A stretch of 64,000 nucleotides of DNA from Euglena gracilis (taxonomy: Eukaryota): assembly GCA_039621445.1 (NCBI GenBank), contig CP154954.1, forward strand, positions 23,200,954 through 23,264,953, read 5' to 3'. Positions within the stretch are counted from its first letter, which is position 1. Every line of letters starts with the position of its first letter. Below are positions 23,243-37,083 of the stretch, one piece after another. The notes below the pieces were generated by a model, which was not told where the DNA came from, did no database searches, and saw only the letters and a program-made list of their open reading frames with translations. A program made the position numbers and the translations under genes.

Positions 23243-26200
23243 ATGTTGCCCGGTGGAAGGCAGCCAGGCGGAGGACCGCCTTACCACCCCACCACTCACC
23301 CTAAACCTGACCAGTATGCGTACCGATACGGTACACAGCCACCTGCACGGACTGCAGCTCAGGGAAACCCTGAAGCCAGCAGCAGTAGCAGGATGACCCA
23401 GATGTCCGCGGAAGCGCGGCCATCTCAGCCATCAGGCTCTCGTCGCCTCCCACCGTATGCGGGTGTGATGATCCACCGCACGGCGGAGACGATGAGCCGG
23501 GTTATGCGTATGAGCGCAAACCCGGCACCAGACCAACTCACCCAGGCATTGTGGGATGACCACTGGCGTAAAATTTTGACCATCGCGAATACCCCTCCGG
23601 CCCGGTGGTGTATGTGCACCCAGGTGACGATGACAGGTCTGGTGTATTACACCGACCCGGACGCTCAGGATTCGCGGCGGACATTACCATGTGTGACCTG
23701 TGGAAGTCCCGCCACAGGTCGCACGGCAGGTACCACCAGTTGGCACTTACACTGCACATTTTTGTGCTCACTCCCCCGGATTACCCGAGGAAGAGACAAT
23801 GGAAGCACCTGTCCGGAGTGGACACCCACGTGTGAAAGAAAGTATTTTTCGATCCCCTGAGCGCATGCCCCGGCGGGATCATCCTGTGCAGGAGCCTGTG
23901 TCTCAGTACACCCTCTCTGGGGATTACCACCAGGAGGCGCCAATGCCACGGGATCAGTACGTGCATCCACCTCAACCCCACCCAACCATACCTGACCCTA
24001 TCCCGCGACGTCTTGCGGAGGGAAACCCTCCCCCGACGTCTGACGCGGCCCGAAGCGCTCGTCCGCGGGAAGCCGCGGCAGCGCCTCGTGCGGCACCAGT
24101 TCCCCCGGCACGGGATGAACCCGTTAACCCGTGGACTGGACGGCCGTTCGAGACTGAGGTGGAGCGTCAACAGTATGAATATGCTTTGACAATCCAACGA
24201 CAAATAGCACGTCGTCCCCTGTTTCCGCTGGCCAGCGATACCCTACCCGGGCGGAAATGACACGGCAAGAGCGCCCGCAGTATGACGCTGCTGTGTCGGC
24301 TCTCACAGGAGTCCCAGCTCCATCACGGTCAAGTCAACCAGCGCGACAGCAGGACGTGGCTGTGGCGGAAGCCCCACCAGCACGACCCACAAGCTCTGCC
24401 ACCGGCAAGTATGACCGCGACCCGGAAAATTTGACGCCGCAGCCACAGCGCCGCTCGCGACGTCGGAAAGTCCGCCCGCGACGATGCACGTCGACGCTGA
24501 GGAGGAAGCTCCGCCAGCGCCAGACGTGACGGCAGAACGGGCACGTCGGGAAACCCGACCATCCCCAGTCGCAGCGGTTTACTCGAATCGTGGTGACGCT
24601 GAGCAAGAATTTGATCGAACGCCAAGCACGGAATCAGTGAATTACCCTGTGTTTACACCAGAAGACTCAGAATACTGGGGTTACTGGGCAACGTTCGAAT
24701 GGCTGTCTAACACAAAGCCTAAGGGTAAAGGTAAAGGCAAGGGTAAGGGGAAAGGAAAAGGCCAGGAGAAAGGTGGGAAAGCCCCACCTGGCAAAGGCGG
24801 AAAAGCCGCTTGGCCAACTCCAGGCAAAGGCGGAAAATCTGCCGGACCCCCAGCAGGCAAGGGCGGAAAAGCCGCCGAACCTTCGAAAACGAAGGACGAT
24901 GACGTTACTGTAGTATTCACCTACCTGCAGGAGATCTGGCCGAAAATCGACGAAGATCTCCGGCAGTTTACACACGCAAGCAACGTGATCCACCGACCAC
25001 CGGATGCGGTGCTCGAAGTGGTGCAGAATCGTATGTACGATCACTGCAAACGTTTTTTTTACAGTTCCGAACTTTATGTGTTTGAGGGATATCCTCATTC
25101 GGATGAAATTGTCCTGGACCGGATGTCCGGTTTCTGGGAGCTGACTTCGGCATCTTTACCGACGAAACGGTCATACGTATGCCGACTGTTTGGGAGCATT
25201 TCCTGACGACGAAACGTTCGTAGCACAGTTGAAGGAAATCTTCAACCACATGTATTCCGTCGGAGCACTGGGAATCCAGTGGAAATATTACCCCCTGCTG
25301 GAGAAACTCCAGGCGCAGGCTGCGGTAATGTGCACGCGCAACCTCCAAGTATACTTGGACAGCATGTATGGCACGCTGTTCAAGGTGCTGGACGTCGACC
25401 TCGCGTACCCCCAACGGGACAAACTGGAATGCCAGTTTTGCAAGGAAGTTCATATTGCTGACTTCTGGGGTTTCGGAGAACGCGGAAAACCGCCTCCGAC
25501 TGCCGAAAGTGCAAGCAGCCAGCCGACCAGGAGATTCCTCCTGCATCAGTGCCGGAATCCCCAGATCGGGACACAAGATCGAAAGGTGCTGAAACAGCAC
25601 CGTCAGCAAATATTTCTGCTACAACAGTACTGGCACAGGGCGTGGATTACCTACGTCCTGGAAGTCTACATTTATTTCCTGGAACAGATGACCACTGATG
25701 TGGATATCCACAGGAAGTGGTTACCTCGGGGATACACCGAGGTGGACGCCAGACCTCATGACCCAGACCGACGCAGGATGAACCTGCGGCCGGAATGGGA
25801 GCAGGCAGAAATCGGCCTGCGGGATCACATGGATACCCAGTTCGGGGATATCCTCTACTGGAAGGAGTTCGAACCTTTCTTCGCAGCACGCGAGGTAAGC
25901 CACACTCGGTATGCGGTCCCATTGCCCGCTTTCCTGGAAGACACAGGAGAGCAGGGTATGGGATAGAACCTTCGATCGCAGTGGGAAGACCTCTGCCTAA
26001 TCAACGAGGACGAGCCGCAACCTCCACCCGGAAGCTGGGTGAGAGCGTCGTGGCCGCCCCCATACCCCAACTCTGACAGGAGTGAAAGTATAAGCTTTTA
26101 CCGCCTGTCCGACGCACAAGGGTGATACAGAAGCGGTAAAGACCCGCGTAATGCAGCACAACTCCACACAGAGGAATACCCTCCGGAAGCGGAGGAGGAG

Positions 26201-28626
26201 GAAGAAACGGTCCCCATGGCCGAGGATGAACCTCAGCCAGCGGAACCTCCGGCACGGGAAACCTGTAGCCCATCTGTCGTGATGCTGGACACTGTGGCAG
26301 AAACGGCCCAGCGCCCAGGATCGCCGGCGGGTGAAATGACACCTGTCACAACCTCACCCAACTCACTGAGTACGACAGGTGTGCCGACACCTCCGCGGAA
26401 AAACCCGCCAGAGACGGTACCCCACACGCCTGAGGTATTACGCCTCAAGCTCCCTGTTTCCGGGGAAATCCCGTCGACAGCGGAGCCAGCGGAGGAGCCC
26501 ACTTCAGGTGAAGAACCTGAACGGCGCACCTCGCTGGGCGGACGCGTACTCGGTGGTTTGCGATCATTGATCGCAGTTGTCACCCCACGTGGCACTGCGA
26601 CCGGTTCTTCCACAGCTGCGGCGGAAACTGCCCAGCCGGCGGAAGACACACCTGACACAACACATTTGGTGGAGGATGAACCTCCCCCAGCGGCGGCGCC
26701 ACCGCTGGTGTCGGAAGCGACACGGACGGAAGGCGAACAGACAACAATGGCCGTGGAGACAACAGCAACCGTGTCGGTACGGGATGAACCTGTATCAACA
26801 TCGGTAGCGCCAGACGAGGCACGGGATGAACCCGCACCTCAGCGCACATCCACATCCATTGCACCAGAGCACCGGGTACACGGACACCGGCGCCTGAAAA
26901 ACAGGTTGAGCAGAAGTCCATGCCCCCACCACAGCCTCAACCAGCGCGAAGTGCGCAGGCCAAACATACACCTACACCATCCCCCACGGCTACCCCTGGG
27001 AAACCCACGGAAGCCGCGAAGGAACACGTAGAACAACCCTCAGCTCGGGAAACCCTTGCTGAAGGTCAACGACGCTCGGTGTCGGGGAGAAGACCCCCGT
27101 CCCAAGCGTCACCACACACCTGGGCAAGCAAGCGCGACGCCGATCGGCGGCCCTCGGGTGCTCCGGAAACCGGAAGTCCGAAGGCCCCGGCAAAATCAAA
27201 GCCGGGCGCCGCACCTTGTAAGCCCACACCGAAATCTGGTGATCAACCCCCACCGAAAGGCGGTGGTGGTGCTGGCGGCCAGAGTGCTGCATCCTCTTTT
27301 CGAGGATCAACCTCGGGACAAGGATTCACGCACGTCACATCATCCGGCTATGGGAAAACCTCACAGCCGAAACATTCGCCAAAGGGGCAGGGAAAATCCC
27401 GCGCCTCAACAGCCGAGACACCTTCTGAAGACGAAGTCATCATCGACTGGAACGCGGTCAATCAGGATGATCCTGAGATTCATTACCTGAAAAACAGGTA
27501 CATGATGATCGACCACAAACTGAAGACACAGCAATGCCTCAACCGGTGGATTGAGCCACTGTTATGTCAGGGCCGAAAATGGTCCTTTGATCAGAACGTG
27601 ACCTGGAATTATTACAATTCCAGATCCCCCCGTGTTTTTGCCCAATACTTCGGTGAGGAATTCCTCATCGACAAAACAACGGAAAACCGTTTTGTGCGGC
27701 TTTGCACTGTATGCCACAAGATGTATAACAGTGCACCCGACCTGGGATTACCCCTCGTCCATGTGTGCAACCCTGTGGATCGGAAATCGTTCCATAAGGA
27801 TGTATACATCACCAACTGTGCCGCCTTGGTATGAGCCAAGTGCGTGGACAGTTGGACCCACAAACACTATTTTAGCTACACCGAGTGAGACGGTATGAAT
27901 GTACAGATACTCTGCGTCAATTGCCTTCGAGGTACCTTCTGGCAAACTGCGGAAGGCGCAGTTCGCACAATCGTGCCAAGTGACCAGAAGCCACTGGAGG
28001 AAAAATCCACCTTGCACAAAAATTACAAGGATTTTTTCAAGTACTCCAACCTCAAGCTTGACGACTACCGCCACACAGGAATGGCCCGTGGGTGGCAGAT
28101 CGACAGTGGTGCGATGCGCCTCGCTGCGGAGGAGGCAGGGGTAAGATTACCTTAGCTCTGGGAGACAGCGGATAGGGAAAAGATTTTTCCTCCTGTTCAC
28201 AACCCAGGACCGAAACGGTCGCTGGTGCCTGCCACAATGGCCACCCGAAGACCACGGGATGACCTGCAAAGACTGGCTGTGGGGCCGTATTACGACCCCA
28301 TACAGTCCGCGCCGAATGTGCGTATCACATGCCAATTGACTTCCACCCGGGGAATGCCCCGCAGGTGTCAGCCAAGTACCCACGGATGAATCACTTCATC
28401 TGGCCAGCCACTCTGCCCAGGAAATTATGGGAGAAGCTGCAAAGGTTCTGCAACCAAACACACAGTCCCCGAAGGATGAGTTCGGGACAGGGTGGTACCT
28501 GACTTCGAATGCGAATCGCCAGAAACCTGGCTCGTAGATAGGCCACCACCACTACAGTTCCAGATGGTCCTTGTGGAAGATCCCTTGGCCTCCCGCCATG
28601 ATTATTGGCGTCTGGGACGGATGTAA
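23243..28626 (+). pseudogene. ORF3 of element C (degenerate)
   Basis: Colinear with 31641-37083. Same start MLPGGR and same terminal stop after ..RM. Confidence 0.88.
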
Positions 28627-28694
28627 TGCCGAAACGGCATAACCAGGCTCATACAAGGAAAGTGCCTTCATGGAGTCTGGACATCCATATACTG

Positions 28695-28718
28695 TATATA
28701 TATATATATATATATATA
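28695..28718. repeat. (TA)n microsatellite in the 3' UTR
   Basis: About 12 TA units, versus a shorter run in the paralog at ~31574. Confidence 0.9.
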
Positions 28719-29544
28719 CACTGGTAGCGGAAATCGCTAAACAGCCCTGGGATGAACCTGGGTCTGTGTACCACGCTCTGGATGGAAGCATCCAAGAGCC
28801 CCCCCCCCCCCGCCACCAGCCACCCCTCTGCCAATGGCCATGCGGACGGAAACCGTCTGCAAGAGGTAATCGCCTCTGATTGCGTCGTGAAGGAGCTACT
28901 GCTGTGAAGACATTGGCAGCCGGGAAACCTGGCAAGCCGCTAAGTGACGCACAGCACACAGCGCGCACGCCGTAATAATAGGCCAACTTGTCACTTTTCG
29001 GCCCTAAGGCCCTTAAGGCTGCCAGACAGCAAAAATTCTGTTCTGGCCTAAGCCAGCCCCCCTCTCCTCCCTACTTTCCCCCCACCCCCGCAAAGCTGTC
29101 GCCGGCAGTCGGTTTTGTAAGTAGGCTTTTGTTTCCTAGTGCGGATATGACCGCCTAGGAGCCTTATCCGGGTATGACCAGGATAAGAGCCTGCCCCCCC
29201 CCTTCCACACCTCTCCCTTGGGTTTTCAGCGAATCGCTTGACCAACCCCGCGTGCCTTTGGCACACCCAAACTGGGTGGATGGGACACTTTGTCAGGAAA
29301 CCTGCCAAGCCCCGTTTCCCACAGTGGGCTTTTACACACCCCACCTAAGCCGAAACGGCTAATAGGTAACCGCGAAACGCGGCTAACCTTTTGCGCGTTT
29401 TTGGGCTTTGGGTGGATGCCACTGTGCGGAAAGGAGAGACACCGAATGGAGAAGTGAACCCCACCTGGGGCAGCGTCAGATATCCTGACTGGACTGGGAA
29501 ACCCTGGTCCATGAAGGAAATCGGGCGTAGCCCTGGGAGGGGGA

Positions 29545-29973
29545 TGTGTACCAGGCACGTCCCAGCTCTGTAGGATATCTGCAGAGTGGGTTCTGTGACG
29601 GTCGCACCACTGTGGAAACCCACAGCTGGTAAGATCGTGGCAGACCCTTCTGGGATCTGCCCCTGGACACGTCAGCACTTTTCTCTCCTTCCCCCACAGG
29701 TGGTATTCTTTACTCTCACAATCTCCAAGTTTCACCATTGGTTTTGTCAGAGGGAAAAACCCTCAGAACAATCGACTTTGATCTCAGAAGAAACTTCTGA
29801 ATCTTTGCTTTGTGCTTTGCTTCTTGGGGAATTGGGAAGAAAAGGGGAAAACCACTTTTTGTTACTCCAAGACTTTCCCTACCATAAGTAGGCTGCGCAC
29901 CAAGGCGAAAGCGAAAGGGCTTTTACAGAAAGGCCCAAAAAGGGAAAAGGGAAGACAGCTTTGGACGTACACT
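29545..29973 (+). repeat. 3' LTR of element C (D-type sequence), PPT at 29535-29544
   Basis: GGGAGGGGGA|TGTGTACC...GTACACT. Near-identical in inverted orientation to 45751-46178. Confidence 0.92.
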
Positions 29974-30330
29974 GGTACCAAGGAATTTCAATTGCTTGGG
30001 CCCAAAAAAAGCCCCCGTCGGGCCGGCCGGCAGGACAATAAGGGGGGGGACAAGTAAGGGGGGGGGGGGTGGTAGTACCCCCTGAGAAAAAACATGTTTT
30101 TTATAAAAAAAAACAAAAAAACCGCATGGGGGTTAGGAGAAGTTTTTTTAAAACTTTTTTTTTTACTTTTTGTTTCACTCTCAGCTTCGAGTACCATTAA
30201 AGGGCCAGAAAAACTAAAAGACGTCACTGTTTGAGGAACCAAAATGACCTTAAAACCGTTTCCTCAAACAATGGGCATTTTCGAAGGAAAAAGTCCCCTT
30301 CTGGCCAATGTGGGGGGGGACAACGAAGGG

Positions 30331-30746
30331 AGCTTTCCCTTTTCCCCTTTTTGGAACTTTCTGTAAAAGCCTTTCGCTTTCGCCTTGGTGCGCAGCCTAC
30401 TTATGGTAGGGAAAAGTCTTTGGAGTAACGAAAAGTGGTTTTCCCCTTTTCTTCCCAATTCCCCAAGAAGCAAAGCACAAAGCAAAGATTCAGAAGTTTT
30501 CTTCTGAGATCCAAGTTGATTGTTCTGAGGGTTTTTCCCTCTGACAAAACCAATGGTGAAACTTGGAGATTGTGAGAGTAAAGAATACCACCTGTGGGGG
30601 AAGGAGAGAAAAGTGCTGACGTGTCCAGGGGCAGATCCCAGAAGGGTCTGCCACGATCTTACCAGCTGTGGGTTTCCACAGTGGTGCGACCGTCACAGAA
30701 CCCACTCTGCAGATATCCTACAGAGCTGGGACGTGCCTGGTACACA
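30331..30746 (-). repeat. 3' LTR of element D (terminus lost or garbled)
   Basis: Direct repeat of 45764-46178. Confidence 0.9.
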
Positions 30747-31640
30747 TCCCCCTCCCAGGGCTACGCCCGATTTCCTTCATGGACCAGGGTTTCCCAGTCC
30801 AGTCAGGATATCTGACGCTGCCCCAGGTGGGGTTCACTTCTCCATTCGGTGTCTCTCCTTTCCGCACAGTGGCATCCACCCAAAGCCCAAAAACGCGCAA
30901 AAGGTTAGCCGCGTTTCGCGGTTACCTATTAGCCGTTTCGGCTTAGGTGGGGTGTGTAAAAGCCCACTGTGGGAAACGGGGCTTGGCAGGTTTCCTGACA
31001 AAGTGTCCCATCCACCCAGTTTGGGTGTGCCAAAGGCACGCGGGGTTGGTCAAGCGATTCGCTGAAAACCCAAGGGAGAGGTGTGGAAGGGGGGGGCAGG
31101 CTCTTATCCTGGTCATACCCGGATAAGGCTCCTAGGCGGTCATATCCGCACTAGGAAACAAAAGCCTACTTACAAAACCGACTGCCGGCGACAGCTTTGC
31201 GGGTTGGGGGGAAAGTAGGGAGGAGAGGGGGGCTGGCTTAGGCCAGAACAGAATTTTTGCTGTCTGGCAGCCTTAAGGGCCTTAGGGCCGAAAAGTGACA
31301 AGTTGGCCTATTATTACGGCGTGCGCGCTGTGTGCTGTGCGTCACTTAACGGCTTGCCAGGTTTCCCGGCTGCCAAGGTCTTCACAGCAGTAGCTCCTTC
31401 ACGACGCAATAAGAGGCGATTACCTCCCGCAGACGGTTTCCGTCCGCATGGTCACTGGTATAATGGGTTGGCAGGGGGGGGGGGGGGGGCTCTTGGATGC
31501 TTCCATCCAGAGCGCTGAGGGACACAGACCCAGGTTCATCCCAGGGCTGTTTAGCGATTTCCGCTTCCAGTGTATATATATAGTGTATGAGCTCCATGAA
31601 GGCGCTTACCTTACATGGGCTTGGTAATGCCGTTTCGGCA

Positions 31641-34600
31641 TTACATCCGCTCCAGCCGCCAATAGTCATGGCGGGAGTCCAAGGGATCTTCCACAAGGAC
31701 CATCTGGAATTGTGGTGGCTGTGGCCTGTCGACAAGCCAGGTTTCTGGCGAGTCGTAGTCGAAATCAGGTGCGATCCAGTCCCGAACCCATCCTTCGGGT
31801 ACTGTCTGCTTGGTGGCACTCGCTCTTTCCGCGAGAAACCACTGCAGCTTCTCCCAGAATTTCCTGGGCAAAGTCGCTGGCCAGATGAAGTAGTTTCTCC
31901 GAGGGTGATTGGCTGACACCTGCGGGGCATTCCCCGGGTGGAAGTCGATGGGAACGTGATAGGCGCATTCCGCCCGGACTGTATGGGGTCGCAATACGGC
32001 CCCTAGCCAGTCCTTCCAGGTCATCCCGTGTTTTTCGGGTGGCCATTGTGGTAGGCACCAGCGACCGTTTCGGTCCTGGGTTGTGAACAGGCGGAAAAGT
32101 ATCTTTTCCCTGTCCGCTGTCTCCCAGAGGTAAGGTAATCTTACCCCTGCTTCCTCAGCAGCGAGGCGTATCGCCCCACTGTCGATCTGCCACCCACGGG
32201 CCATTCCCGTGTGGCGGTAGTCGTCGAGCTTGAGGTTGGCATATTTGAAGAAGTCCTTGAACTTTTTGTTCAAGGTGGAGTATTCCTCCAGTGGCTTCTC
32301 GGCACTCGGCACGATTGTGCGAACTGCGCCTTCCGCAGTGTGCCAGAAGGTACCTCGCAGGCAGTTGACGCAGAGTACTGGTACATTCGTACCATCTCGG
32401 TCCGTGTAGCTAAAATTGTGCTTGTGGGTCCAACTGTCCACGCACTTGGCGCATACCAAGGCGGCACAGTTGGGTATGTACATATCCTTGTGGAACGATT
32501 TCCGCTCCACAGGGTTGCACACATGGACGAGGGGTAATCCCAAGTCAGGGGCACTGTTGTACATCCTGTGGCAAACAGTGCAGAGCCACACAAATCGGTT
32601 TTCCGATGTTCTGTCGACGAGGAATTCCTCGCCAAAGTATTGGGCCAAAACACGTGGTGATCTGGAATTGTAATAATTCCAGGTGACATTCTGGTCAAAG
32701 GACCATTTCCGTCCTTGACAGAACAGTGGTTCAATCCACCGATTGAGGCATTGGTCTGTTCGCAGCTTATGTTCGATCATCATGTACCTGTTTTTCAGGT
32801 CATGAGTCTCAGGATCATCCTGAGTCATCGCATTCCAGTCGATGACAACTTCGCCTTCCGAAGGTGTCGTAATCGTAGAGGCGCGGGATTTTCCCTGCCC
32901 CTTCGTAGGTGGTTTCGGCTGTGAGGTTTTCCCATAGCCGGATGATGTGACCTGTGTGAATCCTCCTCCCGAAGCTGATCCTCGAGAAGAAGATGCACCC
33001 TGGCCTCCAGCACCACCACCGCCTTTCGGTGGGGGCTGATCACCTGTCTTAGGTGAGGGTTTGCAAGGCGCGGCACCGGGTTTTGATTTGGCCGGGGCCT
33101 TCGGACTTCCGCTTTCCGGAGCATCCGAGGGTCGCCGTTCGGCGTCACGCTTGCTTGACCAGGTGCGTGGTGACGGCTGGGCCGGGGGTCTTTTCCCCGA
33201 CACCGAGCGTCGTTGACCTTCAGCAGGGGTTTCCCGAGCTGAGGGTCGCCCTACGCGTTCCTTCGCTGCGCTCGTGGGTTTCCCAGGAGCAGCCGTGGAG
33301 GATGGTGTGGGTGTGGGCGTCGCCGCTGCACTTCGCGTTGGCGGAGTCTGTGGTGGGGGCATGGATGTCCGTGTAGCCTGTTTTTCAGGTGCCGGTGTCC
33401 GTGTGTCCGCACGCTTCGGTGCAGTGGCCGATGTGTGGAGGTACGGGCTCATCCCGTGCCTCTGATGCCGCTACCGGTGCTAATGTGGGTTCATCCTGCA
33501 CTGGCACGGGTAGCGTTGTCACCACTGACATTGCCGTTGGTTCGTCCTCCGTCCGTGTCGTTTCCGACACCGGCGGTGGCGCGGCCATTGGGGGAGGTTC
33601 ATCCTCCTCCATGGCTGCAGCTTCAGTTGTTTCGTCCGCTGGCTGGGCCGTTTCCGCCACAGCAGTGGAAGAACTAGCCGCAGTGCCACGTGGGGTGACA
33701 ACTGCGATCAGTGATCGCAAACCACCGAGTACACGTCCGCCCAGTGAGGGGCGCCGTTCAGGTCCTTCCCCTGAAGTGGGCTCCTCCACTGGCTCCTCTG
33801 TCGTCGGGATTTCCCCGGGGACAGGAAGCTTGAGGCGTAATACCTCAGGCGTAGGGGTTACCGTCTCCGGCGGGTTTTCCCGCGGAGGGGTCGGTCCGCC
33901 AGGCGTACCCAGCGAGGATGGTGACAGTGGGACAGGCGTCAGTTCACCTCTCGGTGATCCTGGGCGCTGGGCGGTTTCCGCCACAGTGTCCAGCATCACG
34001 ACCGACGGGCTACGGGTTTCCCGTGCCGGGGGTTCCGCAGGCTGAGGTTCATCCTCGGCCATTGGGACCGCTTCTCCTGTCTCCTCCGCTTCCGGAGGGG
34101 ACTCCTCTGTGTGTAGTTGGGCTGCAGAACGCGGGTCTTCCCTGCTTCTGTAGCACCCTTGAGCATTTGACAGGCGGAAAAAGCTAATACTTTCACTCCT
34201 GTCAGAGTTGGGGTATGGAGGTGGCCACGACGCTCGCACCCAGCTTCCGGGTGGAGGTTGAGGCTCATCCTCGTTGATCAGGCAGAGGTCTTCCCACTGC
34301 GATCGACGGGCCTCACCCATACCATACTCTCCCGTTTCTTCCAGGAAAGCTGGCAGTGGTACTGCGTAGCGAGGTTGGCTTAGCTCGCGGGGAGCGAAGA
34401 ACACTTCGAACTCCTGCCAGTCCAGGATTTCCCCGAACTGGCTCTGCAGGTGTTCCCGGAGGCCGATTTCTGCCCCCGTCCAGTCCGGCCGCAGGTTTAT
34501 CCTGCGTCGGTCTGGATCATACGGTCTGGCATCTACCTCGGTGTATCCCCGAGGTATCCACTTCCTGTGGATATCCACATCGGTGGTCATCTGTTCCAGG

Positions 34601-37083
34601 AAATATATATATACTTCCAGGACGTAGGTAATCCACGCCCTGTGCCAGTATTGTTGGAGCAGAAATATTTTCTGCCGGTGCTGTTTCAGCACCTTCCGGT
34701 CTTGCGTTCCGATCTGGGGTTTCCGGCACTGATGCAGGAGGAATCTCCTGGTCGGTGGGCTGCCGGCATTCTCGGCAGTCGGAGGCGGTTTTCCGCGCTC
34801 CCCGAAACCCCAGAAGTCAACAATGTGGACTTCCTTGCAAAACCGGCATTCCAGTTTGTATCGTTGAGGGTAGGCGAGGTCCACGTCCAGTACCTTGAAC
34901 AGCATGCCATACATGCTGTCCAAGAATACTTGGAGGTTGTTTGTGAACATTACCGCAGCCTGCGCCTGGAGTTTCTCCGGCAGGGGGTAATATTTCCACT
35001 GGATTCCCAGTGCGCTGACGGAATACATGTGGTTGAAGATTTCCTTCAACTGTGCTACGAATGTTTCATCGTCTTCACATGTGTTCAAACAATCGATGTA
35101 TGTCAGACCGTTTCGGTCGGTGAAAATGCCAAAGTTCTGGCAGGGATATCCCAACCAGAACCAGAGTTCCCAGAAACCAGACATCTGGTCCAGGACCATT
35201 TCATCCGAATGAGGGTATCCCTCAAACGGATGAAGTTCGGTACTGTAGATGAATCGTTTGCAGTGATCGTGCATACGATCCTGCACCACTGCGAGCACCG
35301 CTTCCGGTGGTCGGTGGATCACGTTGCCAGCACGCGTGTACTTTTCGAGATCCTGGTCGATTTTCGGCCAGATTTCATCCAAGTAATCGAACAGCTGGTC
35401 AGCGTCGTAATCCTTCGTTTTCGAAGGTTCGGCGGCTTTTCCGCCTTTTCCTGCTGGGGGTCCGGCAGATTTTCCGCCTTTGCCTGGAGGTGGTCCAGCG
35501 GGTTTTCCGCCTTTCCCAGATGGGGCTTTCCCACCTTTCTCCTGGCCTTTACCTTTACCCTTACCCTTGCCTTTTCCTTTACCCTTGCCCTTCGTGTTGG
35601 ACAGCCATTCTATCGTCGCCCGATATGGGTCCCAATATTCCCAGTATTCTGGGTCTTCTTCTGTATACACAGGATAAGTCACGGATTCCGTGCTTGGTGT
35701 TCGAGCAAATTCCTGCTCAGCATCACCACGATTCGAGTAAACCGGTGCGACTGGGGATGGTCGGGTTTCCCGACGTGCCCGTTCTGCCGTCACGTCGGGC
35801 GCTGGCGGAGCTTCCTCCTCAGCGTCGACGCGCATCGCCGCGGGCGGATTTTCCGACCTCGGCGAGCGGCGTTGTGGCTGCGGCGTCAGATTTTCCGGGC
35901 CGCGGTCACGTTTGCCGGCGGCAGAGCTTGTGGGTCGTGCTGGTGGCGCTTCCGCCACAGCCACGTCCCGCTGTCGCGCTGGTTGACTTAACCGTGATGG
36001 AGCTGGGACTCCTGTGAGAGCCGACACAGCAGCATCATACTGCTGGCGCTCTTCCCGTGTCATTTCCGCCCGGGCAGGGTATCCCTGGCCAGCGGAAACA
36101 GGGGGGCGACGTGCGATTTGTCGTTGGATCGTCACAGCATATTCATACTGTTGACGGTCCTCCTCAGTCTCGAACGGCCGACCAGTCCACGGGTTAACGG
36201 GTTCATCCCGTGCCGGGGGAACTGGTGCCGCACGAGGCGCTGTCGCGGCTTCCCGCGGACGAGCGCTTCGGGCAGAGTCAGACGTCGGGGGAGGATTTCC
36301 CTCCGCAGGACGTCGTGGGATAGGGTCAGGTATGGTTGGGTGGGGTTGAGGTGGATATACGTACTGATCCCGTGGCATTGGCGCCTCCTGGGGGTAATCC
36401 CCAGAGACGGTATACTGAGACACAGGCTCCTGCGCAGGATAATCCCGCCGGGGCATGCGCTCAGGGGATCGAAAAATACTTTCTTTTACACGTGGGTGTT
36501 CACTCCGGACAGGTGCTTCCACCGTCTCTTCCTCGGGTAATCCGGGGGAGTGAGCACGAAAATGTGCAGTGTAAGTGCCAACAGGTGGTACCTGCCTGGC
36601 GACCTGTGGCGGGACTTCCACGCCCAGGTCACGCATGGTAATGTCTGCCGCGAATCCCGACGCGTCCGGGTCGGTGTAATACACCAGACCGGTCATCGTC
36701 GCCTGGGCGCACATACACCACAGGGCTGGAGGGGTATTCGCGATAGTCAAAACTTTACGGCAGTGGTCATCCCACAATGCCTGTGTGAGTTGGTCTGGTG
36801 CCGGGTTTGCGCTCATACGCATAACCCGGTTCATCGTCTCCGCCGTGCGGTGGATCATCACACCCGCATACGGTGGGAGGCGACGAGAGCCTGATGGCTG
36901 AGATGGCCGCGCTTCCGCGGGCATCTGGGTCATCCTGCTACTGCTGCTGGCTTCAGGGTTTCCCTGAGCCGCAGTCCGTGCAGGTGGCTGCGTACCGTAT
37001 CGGTACGCATACTGGTCAGGTTGAGGGTGAGTGGTGGGGTGGTAAGGCGGTCCTCCGCCTGGCTCCCTTCCGCCGGGCAGCAT
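31641..37083 (-). CDS. ORF3, unknown ~1800-aa accessory protein (one frameshift at ~33440)
   Basis: 1232-aa and 603-aa frames overlap. Pro/Ala/Glu-rich linkers, KG repeats and two Trp/Cys-rich globular blocks. Conserved in copies A and C. Confidence 0.8.

Larger units (their letters stand above)
13290..29973 (+). mobile_element. Element C: full-length but degenerate, probably chimeric Gypsy chromovirus-like LTR retrotransposon
   Basis: LTR-PBS-gag-pol-ORF3-PPT-LTR order. The 5' and 3' LTRs are diverged and the flanks (GAGAA / GGTAC) do not form a TSD. Confidence 0.9.

Noticed and set aside
34450-35991. 513-aa antisense ORF and other shadow ORFs
   Set aside because: Opposite-strand shadows of GC-rich ORF3, gag and RT with no motifs, not kept open in paralogs.
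31641-37083. Env glycoprotein
   Set aside because: No signal peptide, fusion-protein signature or C-terminal TM anchor is visible.
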